Assembly (NCBI RefSeq): GCF_006345805.1
Contig: NC_043026.1
Location: 4,836,001 to 4,900,000 of the forward strand
Source: Octopus sinensis
Taxonomy: Eukaryota
Length of the DNA stretch: 64,000 bases
Direction: 5' to 3'
Shown here: positions 34,747 to 45,826 of the stretch, piece by piece
How positions within the stretch are numbered: position 1 is the stretch's first letter
Layout of the letters: every line of letters starts with the position of its first letter
The notes under the pieces: model-generated
Told to the model about the DNA's origin: nothing
Database searches by the model: none
What the model saw: the letters and a program-made list of their open reading frames with translations, nothing else
Position numbers and translations under genes: made by a program

Positions 34747-36879
34747 ATGGAACTTTACCCGCTGGATTTTTCTCAGAAAAATATACCTATCCCTGCAACG
34801 AAGCAATATCTCAAAGGTCTTATAGAGAAAACAGAAGAGTTAATTCGAAGATTGAGATGGAAAGCCTTCTTCTTTGATAATAAACAGAAAATAGAAGGAA
34901 ACAAATATGGATTTAAATCTCCCAGAACCCCGCCACCTATTCCGGAATTAGAAGCCTTCGAGAAAGACCTTTTCGAGCTTATTAGGAAAATTAAATTCCG
35001 CAAATATACCAACCAATTACATAGAAATATGAGAGAAAAAATTAAGGAGATTAACAACTCGAATAAGATCTTCGTTAATTCTGATAAGACAAGGAACTTA
35101 TATGCACTTGATAAGGACGTTTATAAGCGCCTGATTTCGAATAGTGTCACAGACACATACAAAAAAGACAACACGAATATATACAAAGAGGTGAACTTAG
35201 AAGCAAGAGGAATAGCTATCGATCTTAAGATTAGCGATAGGATTGAATATCTTTCACCATGACCAGCTTTTATTACTCTGAAAGACCATGAAGCCAATTT
35301 TAGTAGAAACCCCAAATGTAGATTGATAAATCCGGCTAAAACTGAGATAGGAATTATATATCAAAAATATTTGGGACCGTATTTTAGTTAAGTTAGATAG
35401 TGAAGTAGACTTGAGAATTGGGAAGAATAGTAAGTCAGTTATAGAGTGGTTTAAAGGTATTAGCTATAAGAATAATTGTAGTTTCACACAATTCGACATT
35501 ATTGACTTTTACCCGTCAATATCTAGGACGTTGCTCCTAAGGGCATTGGACTTCGCAAGCAGTATGTCAACATCGATAGCTCGGAAATTGATTATTATGC
35601 ATGCGAGGAAATCGCTTTTTTTTTCGAGGATTCCACCTGGATTAAGAAGACTGAGGATTCTCTTTTCGATGTACCGATGGAGGCATACGACGGGGCTGAG
35701 TTATGTATGCTCATAGGAGCCTTTATTCTCCATAATCTAAAAATAGAATTCCCATTTATAGATGCAGGTTTATATAGGGATGACGGCCTTATAGCCACGC
35801 ATAATCTAAACGGCCATGAATCAGATAGACTTAGGAAGGACCTCATTGATTTCTTTCAAAGGATGGGCTTACGGGTTACAATAGATGCTAACCTGAATAG
35901 TGTAGATTTTTTAGACGTAAATTTTAATGTAAGGTCGGATAGATTTAAACCTTTCCGTAAGCCCAATGAAAAGCTATCGTATATTAGCAAAGATTTGAAC
36001 CATCCACCAGTTATCCTTAGGAACTTAGTCAGCAATGTAGGTAGAAGAATATCTTCAATTTCTTCGGACGGGGCAGCATTCCATAATGCTGCACCTTATT
36101 ACGATAGCGCATTAAAGAATAGTGGTTTCTCTGAGAAGATCCAGTACAACCAGCTTAATGCTGGTAATAATGCTGCACGAAGAACTAGGACCAGGAAAGT
36201 TTTGTGGTTCAACCCGGCTTTCAGTTTGGCCGTAAAGACTAATATAGGTAAGGAATTTTTGAGATTAGTCTCTAAGCATTTTAAGCAGGGTCATAAATTC
36301 TATAGGATATTTAATAGAAGAACCCTGAAGGTTAGCTATTCTTGTTGCAGAAATTTCGCCTCTTACATTAGCCAGCATAATAGGAAGCTAATTGAGATTA
36401 GACATGGTGCCGAGCCCATTAAGAAATGCAATTTCAAAAACGAAAGCTCCTGTCCGTTAGAAGGGAAATGTCTAGTGAAAGGAGTAGTTTATAGAGCCAC
36501 GGTGCAAGTAGAAGGCTTATCGGAATACAAGACATACACAGGGGCTTCAGAAAATTCATTTAAAACACGATTTTATTCTCATAAAAATTCATTTAAATAC
36601 CCAGAGAATAGGAAGAGGACCAGCCTAGCAAAATATGTCTGGGAACTAAAAGAAAAGGAAACCCCACCTTTCAACGTGACATGGAGCATTCTGGACAGAG
36701 TGGCACCATACAGGCATGGAGCATACAGAAATAATTTTAAATGCAAACTTTGCCTATTAGAGAAAATGTACATTTTATTCAAAGACAATAATTCTTTGAA
36801 TCAAAGAAGTGAGCTAATGAACTTATGTAGGCACGCAACTAAATTTAAAATGTCGAATATAAATATACCATATGGATAG
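34747..36879 (+). pseudogene. Penelope-like RT + C-terminal GIY-YIG ORF, disrupted
   Basis: PAFITLKDH, NPKCRLINPAK, FDIIDFYPSI, YDGAELC, GLYRDDGL (RT), VVYRA...TYTG (GIY-YIG). TGA at 35260-35262 and frameshifts near 35.36 and 35.6 kb. Confidence 0.9.
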
Positions 36880-37993
36880 AGTATATATTTTGTATTTTTG
36901 ATTTTTGAAATTTTGATTTTGTCTCTTGAACTAGTATGTAAACGCTACGATGGATTTTGTTTCGCGCTATGCAGATTTCATTCCGTATAGCAAAGTCTTA
37001 TATTTCTACATATACATTAGGAAAAACCTTTGACTTTGTTTATTTCATGTTATTGTATTGTATAGGATTACCTTGATTATTTATAGATGATCCAAAATAG
37101 GGTGTTATATTTTATTTTATGTCTTTCGTATATATTTTTTATTATTGCACTCATTTTTTTAAAAAAAAGCAATGTTGTCAAAAATTAGAATTTTGATATG
37201 AGTATGTGTTAAGCCATGGATATGTATCTGTAAGCATGCGTATCTGTGTATGTGTAAGTGAACGTATGTTTGTGCTTAAGCATACATATACACGACTGTA
37301 TGTGTATGTATCCATTCGAACTTGTGTATTTGTATACTTGTCTCCATATATGCCAATAATGCCGTTACACAGCTTGTATACATAATTTTTTTCTTATTTC
37401 GTTTTTTTCCCCACTCAACCTTTTTCTTTTTTCCTTCCCCCTTCTTCGTTCCTTTTTCTCTCTCTTCCTTTCTTTCGTTTTTTTCTATAACTGATACAAC
37501 TCTACGTCCCCCTACTTAAGCTTTACTCAGTATATGAGAATCGCTACATCGATGATTTTAACTTGCGTGCGAGATGGATTGCGTGCATATATGTCCGCAT
37601 GCATTTATGCGTATATTTTAGATTTATATTTATGCGTCTGTATATGTATGGCGTTTGCAAGCATCCTTCTGTGTATGTTGATATATATATGTACACTTTA
37701 ATATAAATATGTGCATTGTAAATTTATAATAGGTTTTAAATTTTCTATGCATTAATTATACTTTCTTCATTAATGTCAATATGTATTTTATTCAATGTAA
37801 GGTTTTTTCCTAGAATTTTATAATTTTTATAATTTTCTATATATATATAGATATATTTTTGAGCTTTTTTTGTTTATCGCTCGAAGATTGACCGTTATTT
37901 CTAAAGGGCCAATCAAACAAGTCCAATTTTTTAAAGGTGTAGCGTTTGTAAGAGTCTAGATTGAATTGATATATCGGTTCCATTCTAGCAAAA

Positions 37994-38032
37994 ACTGTTT
38001 GATGAACGGCAACGAGAAACTCAGAGTAACAA
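37994..38032 (+). ncRNA. Degenerate minimal hammerhead motif in the 3' pLTR
   Basis: actgt TTGATGA a-cg-gcaa-cg-a GAAA c tcaga GTA acaa. Confidence 0.4.
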
Positions 38033-38089
38033 ATTTTGTTGAACTTCTGCTGCTTAAAATAAAGTATATATATATATATATATATATCA

Positions 38090-38319
38090 ATTCGTATGCT
38101 CCCAGTCATCTTCCCAAATACATTCGTAAACTATGACAAGATATACTCTGACATGCGGGTTCCATTCCTTCTCTGCCGATTATATTCGTAGTCTCGTTAT
38201 GTTGATTTGGGGGCATCAGTCTCACAGATTTTATTTTAGAAATCCACCCCATACGTATTCAGTTAGTCTCTTGTACTGAAGCACAAACCAAATCTAGACA
38301 TATATTTTGGGAAGGGACC
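38090..38319 (-). pseudogene. Decayed exon copy A within the triplicated unit
   Basis: Acceptor ttttttcacaaag| at 38320; reconstructed peptide ...LQYKRLTEYVWG.F.KIKSVRL...YLVIVYECIWEDDWEHTN with indels and stops. Confidence 0.45.
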
Positions 38320-38921
38320 CTTTGTGAAAAAATATGCAATGCATTCATATAACTGTTGTTTCTAGCAAACTTTGTATTTAAGTTTGTGTCTGTAACTAGT
38401 TTTTTGTTGTATTAATTACATTTTAATAATTAAATGCAAATTAATGCCTAATTTAAAAATATAATTAAAAGTATGACATATAAAATGCAACTGAATGCAA
38501 GAGCTGCTAGTAATAGCAGCCAAATTTACAGAGAAAACAGCCCCATATTGTCTCACGTAACTCCATACATAGTTATATAGCTAGAGTTGCTTGAAATAGC
38601 AGCCAAATGCCCCTCCAATCCACTGTACTTCTGAAATTAGCTACAGTTTAAAATTCTACGCCTGTTTGTCATGCAAAACAAATCCAATACAACAGGTCCA
38701 TTAAACTGTATCATTTCATATGCTAGAAACAACAGCAAGTGTTTAGCAAAAATATATACAAAGACGGACAAAGAAAAACTGGGAGGAAAGCAAAAACCAA
38801 AAAAGATCGAAATATATAATGTATCAATGTTAAATGTACTTGCTAGAAATAGCAGCCAAAAGAAATTGAATCACAGCTGTCTATCTATCTATTTGTCTGT
38901 CTGTCTGTTTGTCTCTCTATT

Positions 38922-39003
<82 letters not shown>

Positions 39004-39004
39004 T

Positions 39005-39478
39005 CTTTTATTCTTGTACATTTATTTATTCTTTTATTTGTTTCAGTTATTTCACTGTGGCCCTGCTGGAGCACAACCTTCCTGGGTTTCTGTCAAACAA
39101 ATCTTTGTAAGTTTAGTACTTATTCTATCAGTCTCTTTTGTCAAATCAAAGTCACAGGGACATAAACAGACCAACATCGGTTGTCATACGATGGGGATGT
39201 GTGGTGTAGGGTAGACACATACAAATGAATATGTATATATATATATATAAATATGTATGTATATGTATATGTGTATATATATACATATATATATATACAC
39301 ATACATATAGATATACACACATATGTATATGACGGGCTTCTTTCAGTTTCCATCTAGCAGATCAACTCACAAAGCTTTGGTTGGCTTAAGGGTCATTTAA
39401 AAGACACTTGCCTAAGGTGCCACACAGTAGGATTGAACCTGGAAACATGTGGTTGGGAAGCAAACTTCTTATGACAGA
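39005..39478 (-). mobile_element. tRNA-derived SINE, family A
   Basis: Tail 39005-39200, microsatellite, head 39330-39478. Confidence 0.8.
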
Positions 39479-39510
39479 GCCTGGCCGATACCAGTTTGCA
39501 TTACTGGTAC

Positions 39511-39755
39511 CTGTGTCGACTCGTTTCTTCCCGATTGTCTTCCCACACACATTCCTAAATGACACCAAGGTATACTCCAACATGTTGGTTCCATTCCTTC
39601 CTCTGCCGATTTTACTCGTTGTCTTGTTGTTTCTGTCAATTCTGGGGCACCAGTCTCAAGGATTTTATTTCAGAAAATCGACCCCAAACATATTCCCTCC
39701 GTCCCTTCTACTCAAACAACAAACTAAACCTAGGCACAAAGCTTTGGAAAGGAGA
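39511..39755 (-). pseudogene. Decayed exon copy B within the triplicated unit
   Basis: Acceptor tttttttataaag| at 39756, donor ACAG|gtacca at 39510; EYVWGRFSEIKSLRLVP...RQRKEWNQHVGVYLGVI*ECVWED. Confidence 0.45.
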
Positions 39756-40450
39756 CTTTATAAAAAAATATGTGATACATTCCTTTAACTGTTGTTTCTA
39801 GCTTCAACTTGTATTTAATTGTGCATTTGTAACTATTTTATAGACTTGCTGCTAGAAATAGCAGTCAAAACTCACTGAATCACAGCTGTCTATCTATCTA
39901 TTTGTCTTATATGGTTTTCCAGTTTTGTATTAATTTCTTTGGAAGAATTAAATGGAAAATGAAGTCTAATTTAGAAAAGAAAACGAAAATCATGATGTAT
40001 AAGAAGTAAATGAAAGCAAGGGCTGCTAGAAATAGCAGCCAAATCTACGTCGAAACAGCATCATACTGCCTCACGTAACTCCATCCATATTTATATATGA
40101 GCCAATAAAAATTGAAGCCAATCAAAATGATAGCTAGATTTGTTTGAAATAGCAGCCTAATGTCCCTCCAATCTGCTGTAGTTCTGAAATTAACTTCAGT
40201 CTATAAATTCTACACCTATTTGTCACGCAAAACAAGACAAATACAAAGGGTCCATTAAACTGAGACGTTTCCTATGCTAGAAACAACAGCAAGACTCGAG
40301 CAAAAATATATGCGAAGAAGGATACAGAAAATACTGAGAGGGAGGCAGAAAGAAAAGACATTTAAATATAGAATGTTTCAATGCTTAATGGATGCCAGAG
40401 TTACTGCTAGAAATAGCAGCCAAATCTCACATCTGTCTGTTTATCTATCG

Positions 40451-40635
40451 AAGAGGTTCCCAACCTTTTTTATGCCCTGCACCCTTAAAAACCTTTAATA
40501 TGTTCTCACACCCCTTAAAGTAATAGTTTATATAAGAATAAAGGTGCCCGGAGCAATTGCCGACTTTGACCCCATATAAATCCAGCCCTGCTCGCACCCC
40601 CAAGCGGTGTGTGCACCCCTGGGTGGGAAACCCTG
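40451..40635. mobile_element. Short hAT-like MITE remnant
   Basis: Termini aagaggttcccaacc ... ggtgggaaaccctg resemble CAGGGGTTCCCAAC-type hAT TIRs; no clear TSD. Confidence 0.35.
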
Positions 40636-41179
40636 CATCTAAATATATTACATTCTTTGTTTCTTTTACTTGTTTCAGTTATTTGACTGCGGCCATGCTG
40701 GAGCACTGCCTTAAAGGGTTTTAGTCAAACAAATCGACCCCAGGATTTATTCTTCGTAAGCCTAGGACTTATTCTATCAGTCTCTTTTGCCAAACTAACT
40801 TAAAGGGTTGTAAACAGACCAACATAGGTTGTCAAGTGATGGTTATTTGGGGTGGGGTTCAGATATACACACATGAATATATATATATATATATTATATA
40901 TATATATACACACACAGATATATACACTCACACATATATATATATATCTATTGTACTATAGGCACGAGGCCTGAAAGTTTGGCGGGGGGGGGGGTGTCGA
41001 GTTGATAACATTAACTCCAATGTTTCACTGTACTTCATTTATTGACCTGAAAGGTTGTGTTGAAAGGCAAAGTTGACCCTGACGTGTATATTTGAATAGA
41101 TATAGTGACAGGTGAAAAAGTAAGTACTTTGTCGGTGCACTATCATTCTGCCAGCTCACCTCTCTCAGGGTGTGGGGTG

Positions 41180-41312
41180 TATAATATATATGTATATATA
41201 TATATGTATAATATATATATTATATATATATATTATATATATAGATCTTATATATTATATATTACTATATATATATATATTATATATATATATATATGAT
41301 ATATAGATATAT

Positions 41313-41358
<46 letters not shown>

Positions 41359-41394
41359 GATATATATAATAATATATATATATATAATTATATA

Positions 41395-41451
<57 letters not shown>

Positions 41452-41472
41452 TATATATATAATATATATATA

Positions 41473-41505
<33 letters not shown>

Positions 41506-41510
41506 GTATG
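41180..41510. repeat. Long interrupted (TA)n microsatellite
   Basis: About 330 bp of TA with single-base interruptions. Confidence 0.95.
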
Positions 41511-41769
41511 TATGTATGGGTATAAATATACGATGGGCTTCGTTTAGTTTCCGCCAACCAAATTCTACCCACAAGGCTTTGGTTGGCCAGATGCTGTAGT
41601 AGAAGACACTTGTCCAAGTTGTCATACAGTGGGACTGAACCCCCGAGTGTGTGGTTGGGAAACAAGCTTCTTACCACACAGCCACACCTGTATGTGAATG
41701 CATGTTGTATAGTTAGATGGAGGGAGATATATAATATATAAGTACAAATGTATATACATAGATATCAAT

Positions 41770-42015
41770 CCATTCGTTTGTTCCCAGTCGTCTTCCCTCA
41801 CACACTCCTAAACGATGCAAAGATATTCTCCTAAATGTGGCTTCCATTCCTTCCTCTGCCGAATACATCCATACTCTTGTTGCTTATGCTGATTTAGGGG
41901 CACCAGTCTCACAGATTTTATTTCAGAAAACCAACCCCCATCCCCTATACATATTCACTCAGTCTCTTCTACTGAAGCACAAACTTTACGTAGACACACG
42001 TTTTTGGAAAGGAAA
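41770..42015 (-). pseudogene. Decayed exon copy C within the triplicated unit
   Basis: Acceptor tttctttttacacag| at 42016; SFPKTCVYVKFVLQ*KRLSEYV...FSEIKSVRLVPLNQHKQQEYGCIRQRKEWKPHLGEYLCIV*ECVREDDWEQT. Confidence 0.45.
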
Positions 42016-42882
42016 CTGTGTAAAAAGAAACATGAAATACTTCTATATAGCTGCTGTTTCTAGCATATGTAATTGTGTGTTTGTAACTAGTTTTGGTTGT
42101 TGTATTAATTTCACTGTAATACTTAAATGCAAATTAAAGTTTAATTTAATGAGAAAATTAGATTAATCATGTGTAAAATGCAAACGAATGCCAGAGCTGC
42201 TAGATATAGCAGCCAAATCTACGTTGAAACAACATCATACCGTCTCTTCTAACTCCATACATATTTATATATTAGCTGATGAAAGCTGAAGTGTACATGA
42301 TAGCTAGAGTTGTTTGAAATAGCAGCTAAATGCCCCTCCAATCTACTGTTCTTCTGAAATTAATTGCAGTTTATAAATTGTACACCTATTTGTCACACGA
42401 CACAAATCCAATACAACAGGTCCATGAAACTGAGACATTTCATATGCTAGAAACAACAGCAAGAGTTTAGCAAAAATATATGCAAAGACGGACACAGAAA
42501 ACGAGAGAAGGATGCAGAAAAAATAAGATCTAAATATATAACGTATCAATGCTTAATGTACAGTAGACCTGCTGCAAGAAATAACAGCCAAATCTCACAG
42601 CCATCCATCTATCCATTTGTCTGTTACTCTCTTTTCTTCTCAGAATTTGGGAGCAGAAATTTTCCTTGTAATCTTCACCCACATCGACATTCAGTCCCAG
42701 GGCACCCATGGAGACTTCCGCTTTCTACCATACACATATGTGATCATTCTTTGTCTAAAGAAAACAAGGCCTGGAATTCTAGTAGAGGCAACTAATTGAC
42801 TCCAACGACCCTGCGTGTGAACGATTCTGTCACCTCATCGGCTTATACACACACACACACATACTATAACAGATCTATCTAC

Positions 42883-42915
<33 letters not shown>

Positions 42916-43615
42916 TCTCACTCTCTCTAATTCACTTTTTACTATTAGCACAAGGCCTGCAATTACTGTGGGCAACTAATCAATTACTTCATCCTTAGTA
43001 TTTGACTGGTACTTAATTTATTGACCCTGGAACGATGAAATGGATAAATCGACCGAGGCAGAACTTGAACTCACAACATGAAGCTATACAAAATGCGATT
43101 AAGCATTTCCTCCAGCATGGCAACGATTCTACCAATTTCCCCACTGATACACACACACACACACACACACACCACACACACACCATAGCAACAATAATAT
43201 ATATCAATATAGTTGTACTAATACATCTCCTTCTAGAAATAGCAGTCAAATCTCCTGAAATCACACATCATACTGTGTAATATCTGAGGGGATTATCTGC
43301 AATGAAAGTAGGCTCGTTGGAATTACCAATTAATTACAGCGTACTCTCTTATGTGTGTCTGATGAGGCCATGCAGGACCCGTATCTGGTGACTAGACCAC
43401 TTTCGGTAAATGTCGATTTAACCCGTCCCCTTAAAATTTCTGGCGTGGATGAGGAACTATAATTCTTTTTGAGGTCTGGGAGTCACTTCTTGTATATCTG
43501 TGAATATAGTTGTATCGATATTTTCTCTTGCAGAAATAGCAGTCAAATCCCTTTAAATCACACATTATACTGTGTAATGCCTGAAGGAAATATTTGCATT
43601 GTGACTCAGTTTGTT

Positions 43616-43646
<31 letters not shown>

Positions 43647-43958
43647 ATGAGCGAGTGAAAAAGAAGGAGCTATATGGAGGGATCGATGGAATAAATACAA
43701 GGCTTAACACAAAGATGTACTGGGTTCAATTCTTCGACTAGAAATTCTTCAAGGTGTTGCTCCAGCATGGCCACAGTCTAATGTCTGAAACACGTTAAAG
43801 ATAAAAGATACACACAGACACAGGCATACTTTTATGCATTTGTTTTGCCGGATTCTTCATGTGAAGTTGCGTGTTGAAAGAGACATTGTTGTATTTCATG
43901 ATGGTCATGTCCTTTCTTTCATTACATAATAAATAGAGAGAGAGAGAGAGAGACAGAC

Positions 43959-43990
<32 letters not shown>

Positions 43991-44571
43991 CCGTTATAGT
44001 GTGTGTGTGTGTAGTTTGTAAAATCTCACAAAGTAAAGTGAGTCAGCACATCAAAGTGGCTGCTGAAGGTTACTACTAGTTTAACCCCAGGCAGATTCTC
44101 CACTAGCGGGTTATCGCTGCTACACTGCACCCTTTATATACAATATCTTGTTAGCAGTGGTGGGGAGGGGGGGTCGTACCTCAGTAAACTTTCAGATTAA
44201 CACCCGCACGATTTTCGCCAAGAAAGAAAAAAACTCGAATTTTTTTTGCATGGAATGAAGTACCCTGACCTCCAAATATGCTGGAAATCACTTATTATGG
44301 TTCAGAAGAAAAGGGTGCCACGACGGGGACGCACTCCCACCCCATTCCCAAATCATTGGAAATTATTATTTTTGGTTTTTGTCGGATGAATTCCTGTGAC
44401 TTATTATGCTACAAAACCCTTTTTGGGGTCTGCAAAACGGGGTGAGTTGAGGCGGAAGCCTTGGAAATTGTACCCACTCCCAACATTTTACAGAAATAAA
44501 TTTTCCAGAGAGTGAATTACATGGTTCGTTATTAAATATATATATATATATACATCTCTTTTATAAAATCC

Positions 44572-44760
44572 TTTCTGTCTGTCTGCGTGTCTTCTAGGAT
44601 CTCAGGCATCCTCCATCCGATTGCACTCAAATTTGATATGTAGATACCAATGGTATCAGGGCATGTATAAGTCTTTAAAAATTACAAAAATCGATTCCAG
44701 GTGAGAATGTGATCGATAAATCCGTGGGAACGTGCATTTGTACATGCAAGTACATTAGCT
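44572..44760 (+). mobile_element. Possible Helitron/Helentron-type non-autonomous 5' fragment
   Basis: Begins in a TA tract with atctcttttataaaa..ctgtctgtctg, a layout common to such 5' ends; no 3' hairpin or CTAG found. Confidence 0.25.
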
Positions 44761-45369
44761 GTTGCGATCGATACTACGCATACGCGAGAAAATTGCACGT
44801 GCAGTTTGCGCAATAAAGCCGGCTGGCTTGAAATAATGCCACAAAATGCAGTATATTTAAGAGACCAAAAAAGTAAGATGCAAAAGAGATATTTTCTCCA
44901 AACTTGGCATGAAGGAAGGAAAAACTATTTTGTTTCTGAAGAAGTCTTTTCTTTTTTTCTTTGCCTTAATTTCGTTTAACAAAACCAAAAATTTTATTGA
45001 AATAAAGGCATGCTTAATTATTTTTTAATGAAAAGAAAACACAATTGCTTTTTATTCAAGGAAGAAAATATAATTTTCTTGTTAATAAATGATTTTCCAT
45101 GTTTGTGTTCTCCCAGTCTACAGACTTATCATTTCTGGTACTTTAAACTCTTCGGTTGCATATTTGGGTGAATAAAATCGTTTTTCTTTGGAATAGAAAA
45201 AAAGTCTATCTTTATTTCTTCTTTTGCTGGTGTCTCAAATTTAGGTTAAATCAGTGCTTCTCAAAGGGGTGGCCTATGGGACTGTCAGACAAGTTGTTTT
45301 GAGACAATTTGGTTTAAATGTTTGACAACTCAGCACCATCCATTGGACAGGGAGTGGGGCATTTTGCTC

Positions 45370-45632
45370 GTATATACATGTGTGTGTGTGTGTATAAATA
45401 TATATATATGTGTGTGTGTGTATATATATATATGTGTGTGTGTGTATACATATATATGTGTGTATGTGTGTGTGTGTGTGTATACATATATATGTGTGTA
45501 TGTGTGTATATATATATGTGTGTGTGTGTGTATACATATATATATGTGTGTGTGTGTGTATATATATGTGTGTGTGTGTGTGTATGCCTGTGTATGTGTG
45601 TGTGTGTATACATATATATATGTGTGTGTGTG

Positions 45633-45690
<58 letters not shown>

Positions 45691-45781
45691 TCATATATAT
45701 ATATTCCTGCATATATATACATGTGTATATATATATGCATATATATCTATTCATACATATATATGCATATATATACATGTA

Positions 45782-45822
<41 letters not shown>
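45370..45822. repeat. Compound (TG)n/(TA)n microsatellite
   Basis: Direct observation; source of many spurious ORFs. Confidence 0.95.

Positions 45823-45826
<4 letters not shown>

Larger units (their letters stand above)
31840..38064 (+). mobile_element. Penelope-like retroelement: inverted 3' partial copy, then pLTR-ORF-pLTR, inserted in (TA)n
   Basis: Forward unit 33816-38064 with direct repeats (about 33816-34600 and 37274-38064) flanking an RT/GIY-YIG ORF; inverted copy 31840-33821; TA tracts on both sides. Confidence 0.9.
38067..42610. repeat. Old tandem triplication: about 850-bp core units (approx. 38067-38900, 39480-40440, 41760-42610) separated by SINEs and TA tracts
   Basis: Collinear landmarks in all three (gttccattcctt..ctgccga, gggcaccagtctca, gctagaaatagcagccaaat several times, acaggtccattaaactg, tgtatcaatgcttaa); roughly 75-80% identity. 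Confidence 0.85.

Noticed and set aside
35260-35262. In-frame TGA in the Penelope ORF as possible selenocysteine or readthrough (known for some Naiad PLEs)
   Set aside because: It fits a CGA-to-TGA deamination at a non-Cys position before PAFITLKDH, and the ORF also has downstream frameshifts; this element has a C-terminal EN, unlike Naiads.
42641-42800. Plus-strand exon after ctctcttttcttctcag
   Set aside because: Good acceptor but no donor before stops in the open frames, and no partner exon.
43358-43430. ctgatgaggcc-atgca-ggacc as a hammerhead core
   Set aside because: No GAAA follows the putative stem II and no stem I/III pairing was found.
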